Origin: an uncultured Coriobacteriaceae bacterium
GTDB taxonomy: Bacteria > Actinomycetota > Coriobacteriia > Coriobacteriales > Atopobiaceae
DNA length: 64,000 nucleotides
Reading direction: 5' to 3'
Assembly (NCBI GenBank): GCA_902795065.1
Contig: CADBJR010000011.1
Coordinates: 2,090 to 66,089, forward strand
Shown here: positions 58,901 to 64,000 of the stretch, piece after piece
Numbering within the stretch: the stretch's first letter is position 1
Layout of the letters: every line of letters starts with the position of its first letter
Notes under the pieces: generated by a model
The model's database searches: none
Told to the model about the DNA's origin: nothing
Seen by the model: the letters and a program-made list of their open reading frames with translations, nothing else
Made by a program: the position numbers and the translations under genes

Positions 58901-60595
58901 TCCTTCCGTCTCAATGCGACGACGGTGGGCAACTACGGTCACCTGTACACCGAGAGTGAGATTGACCCGCAGTACCCCACCACCGTCGGTGAGCTCAACC
59001 TGTACGCCAAGTGGCGCAGCCACCTGATCGGCGCTGAGGGGATCAAGGTCGAATACGACGCCACCGATAAGGGTACCAATGCACCCGAGGACGTCAACTA
59101 CTACGTGGATGGCGCGAAGGCCATTGCTGGCTCCGCTGCTACCGCCAATGATGCTGACAACTACGTGTTCAGCCACTGGGCAGTCATGAAGTGGAACGGG
59201 ACCGAGTACGTTGAGTCCGATGTCACGGTCTTCCCAGGCGAGACCTTCGATGTCAACGCAGCTGATGCGAGGATTACCGATGCCTACAACATCGTTGTTG
59301 CGCCCGATGATCTTGAGAGCGACGGTACCTACACGTACACCATCCAGCTGAAGGCCGTGTACGTGGAGAAGGACCAGGAAGTCAAGACCCACATCTATTG
59401 GTACGACAACCATGGTGGTGTCGTCCGTGAGGATACCGGCCTCTCGATTAACCAGGCCGTGGATGTGCCTGCCGCTCCCACCCGCCCCGGCTATACCTTC
59501 AAGGGATGGGTGCGTGATGTGGAGAACACCAGCACCAAGACCACTTCCTCGACCGAGCTGTTCATCACCTATACCAATGGGGCATACAGCGCCAGCCAGG
59601 TTGCCGCTGACGAGAATTGGGCATCTACGGACAACCAGTATCACGCCATGTATGCACTGTGGGAGGCTAATACCTACACGGTGAAGTTCGATAAGAACGC
59701 CGACGATGCTACTGGCACCATGGCGGACCAGACGTTCACCTATGACGTCGAGCAGAACCTGACCGCCAATGCGTATACACGCCCGAATTACAAGTTCCTC
59801 GGGTGGAGTACTGAGAGCGATGCCACTGCCGCGACCTATACGGATCAGCAGAGCGTCAAGAATCTGACTGCTGAGCCCAATGGCGTCGTTACCCTTTATG
59901 CGGTGTGGGAGCTCGATGTTGCAACCGTCACCGTGCACCACTACCTCAAGGGCACCACGACGAAGGTTGCCGATGATGTGACAGAGTCGAAGACCATCGG
60001 CACCGAAATCGACCCGAGCACTGTCCCTGCGGCTACTTTTTTCCTGAGCCCTTACGACAGCTATCCCATGACCAAGGACAGCACCAATCCGACTACGCCC
60101 GTCACGGTGACGGCCGATGGTGCTGAGATCATGCTGTACTACACGCTGCCGCTGACCATCGAGGCCTCGACCGTTAGCAAGACCTACGATGGAACGCCTC
60201 TCGCTGGAGAGTACACCGTCGAGGGAACGCTGCCCGGAGATGGTGGAGAGGACGGTGTGGTCAGGCAGGCCCTCGGCGAGGCTCCGTCGATCACTAACGT
60301 TTCTGAGAGTCCGAAGGAATACCTGACCGAGTCTGATCAAGCTGCAATCACGGGTATTCCCGAGTACTATGACGTTTCTTTCACTCCCGGTACCCTCACC
60401 ATCACCGCCCGCCCGGCCTCCTTCACCGGCGTGTCCGAGACCAAGGACTACACCGGCTCCGAGATCGAGATCACGACCGTCACGCCCGACGGCACGCCGC
60501 CTTCTCCGCCAAGGGCACGAACGTGGGCACCTACCCCGGCACCATCACCGACGCCGCGGACGTCAAGATCACCGACGCCGCCGGCAACGACGTGA
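55937..60595 (+). CDS. Giant surface adhesin, 5' portion: signal peptide, E/P-rich acidic repeats, Listeria-Bacteroides (Flg_new) repeats, first MBG domain; reading frame breaks at about 60500
   Basis: MGKKFRRFCKSARGPLAWILSLILVWQMFPAQGMAYA signal peptide (ATG 55937). EEPV(V/I)EDEAI(P/S)EEE repeats. RSGYTFDGWYTE..TVYGKW, GYVFLGWYDN..VTLYAKW and NYKFLGWSTE..VTLYAVW. The last about 30 codons (PPSPPRARTWAPTP..) are out-of-frame translation. Confidence 0.8.
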   Translation: MGKKFRRFCKSARGPLAWILSLILVWQMFPAQGMAYALEEAAEAFTSNDVDAVVVEDTAAEPEVDLVYDEDAAEPEVVIEEEPVVEDEAIPEEETVFEEDAVPEEEPVIEDEAISEEEPAVEEEAVTEEEPEVEAEPEEEPAPATPMLAGAKSLTVDGVTITVGVGDGVLPEGWYFTAEPITGYQLTQVEDAVTEQQADAQVVVAFDITLYDADGNEIQPVDGTAVRVTFRNTGAETDNVSVYHVSDEMVAEYVDTASASANRQSFDADQFSIYVVVESGADARLVVQFMNGTTEVASMMITENQIEQIEEYLYDPGMGELAEGVQFRGWTTNPNYTTETTGMTIEEVREDVTKKLNAGVEDGDTVTYYAMAFKTYTVTYLDEKGVLLKTDQILAPATSTDDQTYTVNLSYTPYPTDEPGVVADFVGWQQISPEVEGTEVLYQNDDTMTLSETTYVLKAKTQKGHWLTFEENLSNATYTEPQFVAIGANPTEPTTAPTRSGYTFDGWYTEDASDARDGQVSGSAFDFNQELTANTTVYGKWTAASTANYNVVVWQQQVDGDGYDYSGTTVTVTGATVGQNTYAVNGTAGGSSARVYTVSGQRYQDVSFRGFHFSRVDATTTVKPDGTTVINVYFDRNEITYNFEGYTYTETTATGGTQYGLVDGEYVELSYSRYYERWYYGYYNWYDDTRYTRTTETQSFSGLYGSAFTQWPDPGNGSVWSIGDISYPLPLTEFKPEAVNETSSSNEFTFELDDMNNNYSLVVYKQTETGAWSYTNAYTITTGRWSGGTWTPSETYTGFTIDAYRKGQGGSWTSCTPSTNIRDAYNLYLRYSRNQYNITYSDGVFVAGADETPVTDAPSARTNFVSKNGVYYEANINTADYNITPELNGYVFLGWYDNALCAGDPYTFDKMPAHNVTLYAKWGLREYAVNLHPNDSTSDPIVYTKEDQAATFYVDEGDKIGNVGGERIYYDLVGWYTDEDMTHVFNFESFRLNATTVGNYGHLYTESEIDPQYPTTVGELNLYAKWRSHLIGAEGIKVEYDATDKGTNAPEDVNYYVDGAKAIAGSAATANDADNYVFSHWAVMKWNGTEYVESDVTVFPGETFDVNAADARITDAYNIVVAPDDLESDGTYTYTIQLKAVYVEKDQEVKTHIYWYDNHGGVVREDTGLSINQAVDVPAAPTRPGYTFKGWVRDVENTSTKTTSSTELFITYTNGAYSASQVAADENWASTDNQYHAMYALWEANTYTVKFDKNADDATGTMADQTFTYDVEQNLTANAYTRPNYKFLGWSTESDATAATYTDQQSVKNLTAEPNGVVTLYAVWELDVATVTVHHYLKGTTTKVADDVTESKTIGTEIDPSTVPAATFFLSPYDSYPMTKDSTNPTTPVTVTADGAEIMLYYTLPLTIEASTVSKTYDGTPLAGEYTVEGTLPGDGGEDGVVRQALGEAPSITNVSESPKEYLTESDQAAITGIPEYYDVSFTPGTLTITARPASFTGVSETKDYTGSEIEITTVTPDGTPPSPPRARTWAPTPAPSPTPRTSRSPTPPATT

Positions 60596-63500
60596 CCGCC
60601 AACTACGACATCACCACCACGCCCGGCACGCTGACCATCCAGCAGTCCGACGCCGAGCTGACCGTCTCGCTCGAGGGCAAGTCCTACACCTACGACGCCG
60701 AGGCCCACGCCCTGCCGACCGCCGCGACCACCAACGCCGCCTCCGGCACCACCACGATCGAGTACTCCAAGGACGGCGAGAACTGGACCGAGGACCTCTC
60801 CAGCCTGACCGCCACCGCCGTGGCCGACAGCTGCACCATCCAGGTCCGCGCCTCCAACCCGAACTACAAGAACACGGCGACCGACGAGGCCGAGCTCACC
60901 ATCACCGCCCGCCCGGCTACTGACGAGAAGCCGTATGACGGCACCCCGCTCACCAACGACACCGTCACCGTTGCTGGAGACGGCTGGGCAACTGGTGAAG
61001 GTGCCACGTACGACGTCACTGGCTCTCAGCTTACGGTTGGCAGCTCTGCTAACAAGTTCGAGTACACGCTGAACGAAGGCACTGACGCCAATAACTACAA
61101 CATCACGAAGGCTGAGGGTACGCTCACGGTTACCAACCGCGACGCCAAGTACGAGATCACTGTCGAGGCCAACTCTGCAACTGCTACATACGATGGTCAG
61201 TCGCATAGTGCCACCGGAGTGAAGACCCTTGAGTTTACTGTTGATGGTAATGCCTATACCGTCTCTGGTCTCACCACTGAGGACCCGACTCAGGTTAATG
61301 CTGGAACCTACACCAACAACATCACAGGCACTCCGGTTGTGAAGGACGCTGCCGGAAATGACGTGTCGAGCGAATTCAGTGTCAAGACTGCCAATGGTTC
61401 GCTCGTTATCGACAAGGCTACTGCCACCTTCGAGGGTGAGGCCAAGACCGAGACCTACACTGGTGAGGAGATCGAGCTTACCGGCGTTACCGTCACCGGT
61501 GTCGTGAGCGGCCAGACCAACAACGTCGAGTACTCCGCCAAGGGCACCGAGGTTGGCACCTACCCCGGCACCATCACCGCTGCTGCTAACGTCAAGATCA
61601 CCGACGCCGCCGGCAACGACGTGACCGCCAACTACGACATCACCACCACGCCCGGCACGCTCACTATCGAGCAGACCGATGAGGAGCTCACCGTCACGCT
61701 CGACGATGACGAGTACAAGTACGATGGCAAGGCCCACGCGATTGAGACGCCCGCAACCACCAATGCGGCTTCCGGTGTCACGACCATCGAGTACAGCAAG
61801 GACGGCACCACCTGGACGACCGATCTGAGCACGCTGACCGCGACCAACAAGTCCGACAGCTGCACCATCCAGGTCCGCGCCACCAACCCGAACTACAAGA
61901 ACACCGCGACCAGCAGCGCTGAGCTGAAGATCACCACGCGCAACGTCACCCTGACCTCCGCTGACGGCGAGAAGGAATACGACGGCACGCCGCTCGTGAA
62001 GAACGCCCAGACCGACATCACCGTCGGCGGCGACGGCTTCGTCTCCGGCGAGGGCGCGACCTACGACATCACCGGCACCCAGACCGATGCCGGCGAGTCC
62101 AAGAACACCTTCTCGTACACCCTCAATGAGGGAACGCTTGCCGAGAACTACGTCTTCGCCAGCACCCCCGGCACGCTCAAGGTGACCAAGAGCACTGCTG
62201 AGCTCTCCGTTGCCTCCGCCGACGGCGAGTGGACCTACGACGGGTCCGCCCACACCAAGCATCAGTACACCGTCACCTACGGCGAGGAGACGATCGAGGG
62301 TACCGAGGGCCAGACCGAGTTCACCCTCTCCACGGGCGACAAGCTGACCGTCACCCCGGCAACCACCGCAACCATCACCAATGCAGCCGACTCCACGGTC
62401 GACAACGCCTTCACCTGGACGATCGCGAATGAGTCCTTCTACACCAAGGGCGAGGATTCGGTCGGCACCCTCACCGTCAACCCGAAGGACGTCACCATCT
62501 CCACCGGCTCGGCCGAGAAGAAGTACGACGGCACGCCGCTCACCAAGGACGAGGCCACCATCGACGGCCTGGTCGAGGGCGAGTCCGTGACGCTCAAGGC
62601 CACCGGCAGCCAGACCGAGGTCGGCTCCTCCAAGAACACCTACAGCATCACGTGGGACAAAGCTACGGCCAGCAACTACGACGTGACCGACGAACTCGGC
62701 ACCCTCAAGGTCACCTCGACCGACGTCAAGGTCACCCTGACCGCCGCCAGCGACACCCAGGTGTACAACGGACAGGCGCTCGAGAACGCCGAGGTCACCG
62801 CCACCGGCCTGCCCGAGGGCATCACCGCCGAGGCTACCGCTTCCGGCAGCCAGACGAACGTCGGCACGAGCGCCAACGTCGTCAACGACGGCTACGTGTT
62901 CAAGGATGCCAGCGGCAAGGATGTCACCGCGAACTTCACCAACGTCGAGAAGGTCGACGGCGAGCTCGAGGTCACCCCTGCGCCCGTCACCATCACGACT
63001 GGATCCGCCGAGAAGCCCTACGACGGCACGCCGCTCACCGAGTCCACCGCCTCCATCACCGGTCTGGTGAACAACGAGACCGCCACCGTCACCGCCACCG
63101 GCGCCCAGATCGAGGTCGGCGACTCCAAGAACACCTACAGCATCGAGTGGGGTACCACCGACGCGAAGAACTACAAGGTTACCGAGGAGCTCGGCACCCT
63201 GAAGGTCACCAGGAACACCGCCGAGGTCACCCTCACCGCCCCGAGCGACACCAAGGTCTACGACGGCACCGCGCTCACCTGCGACGGCACCGGCGAGAAG
63301 AAGGTCACCGCCACCGGCCTGCCCGAGGGCTTCACGGTCGAGGCGACCGCGTCCGGCAGCCAGACCAATGCGGGCAAGAGCGACAACGTCGTGAACAGCG
63401 GATGGGTCATCAAGGATGCCTCCGGCGCCGACAAGACCGCCAACTTCACCAACGTGACAACCGAGAAGGGCACCCTCGAGGTCACCAAGCGCCCGGTTAC

Positions 63501-64000
63501 TCTCAAGTCTGCCACGCTTTCTCGTGAGTACAACGGCGCCGCCCTCATCAACGGCTCCACGCCGCTCGAAATCGAGGAAGGCTGGGTCGAGGGCGAGGGT
63601 GCGACCTACACCTTCACGCGCAGCCAGACGATCCCCGGCAGCACGGACAACGTGTTCACCTACAAGCTCAACGAGGGGACCCTCGAGAACAACTACGACA
63701 TCTCCGTCAGCTATGGCTCCCTCATCGTCACCAACCGCGAGAGCAAGTACGAGATCACGCTCGTGGCCAACTCCGGCGAGTACACCTACGACGGCAAGGA
63801 GCACAGCGCCGTTGGCGTCGAGACCGACAAGTTCACGTTCGACGGCGTCGAGTACACCGTCTCCGGCTTCACCACCGAGAATCCGGCGCAGACCAACGCC
63901 GGCACCTACACCAACAACATCAGCGCCGAGAACGGCTTCAAGGTCACCGACCCGCAGGGCAACGACGTCTCCTCCGAGTTCAAGGTCACTCCGAAGAACG
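60502..64000 (+). CDS. Giant surface adhesin, continuation in a different frame: tandem MBG-type domains; 3' end outside the window
   Basis: The frame beginning FSAKGTNVGTYPGTITDAADVKITDAAGNDVTANYDITTTPGTLTI stays open to nt 64000 when read by hand. It carries repeated ..YDGTPLT..G..EGATYD..G.Q...G...N.F.Y.LNEGT...NY.....GTL.V modules. Confidence 0.75.

Noticed and set aside
55667-63804. 1,557-aa and 1,118-aa minus-strand ORFs antisense to the giant adhesin
   Set aside because: Same artefact. The translations are monotonous (G/V/D/R-rich) mirror images of the repetitive sense frame, with no start context. The sense strand has a signal peptide and recognisable repeat domains.

Overview
This is a high-G+C Gram-positive chromosome segment covering the replication-origin neighbourhood. 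The minus strand carries rpmH-rnpA-yidD-yidC-jag-rsmG-parA-parB. The plus strand carries dnaA-dnaN-recF-DUF721(DciA)-gyrB-gyrA, then rpsF-ssb-rpsR-DUF2232-rplI-dnaB and purA/purD. Synteny and composition suggest a Coriobacteriia-type actinobacterium, but that is inference only. I can support about 45 protein genes, 5 tRNAs (Gly-CCC, Ile-GAU, Ala-UGC, Ser-GGA, Ser-CGA), two perfect parS sites and several intrinsic terminators. I saw no rRNA, CRISPR array, transposase or integrase.

Non-core content:
- A wall-anchored adhesin with SpaA-like domains and five ester-bond (VaFE-type) repeats.
- A giant adhesin of more than 8 kb (Listeria-Bacteroides repeats plus MBG domains) that runs off the window.
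- A 1,293-codon tandem-TIR / Sel1 / TPR ORF that reads, without a stop, into a flavodoxin module. This is the best candidate for an undescribed system.
- A GHKL-ATPase/winged-helix gene lying between rpmH and dnaA.
- A PafBC-like WYL pair next to an exonuclease-DinG helicase.
- An orphan HicB-HTH gene.

Anomalies:
- typA is broken by an out-of-frame internal deletion.
- The giant adhesin has a frameshift next to 71-bp exact repeats.
- A 64-bp perfect direct repeat duplicates the 3' end of tRNA-Ser(CGA) plus its terminator around a 103-nt structured spacer.
- Three small palindromic repeat families are present.
- A 10-nt motif, TGTTGAAAAC (7/9 match to a DnaA box), was seen only in the intergenic regions around rpmH, dnaA, dnaN and dnaB.
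- parB-parA-rsmG lie in a visibly lower-G+C patch.

All family calls come from reading motifs by eye. No searches were run.
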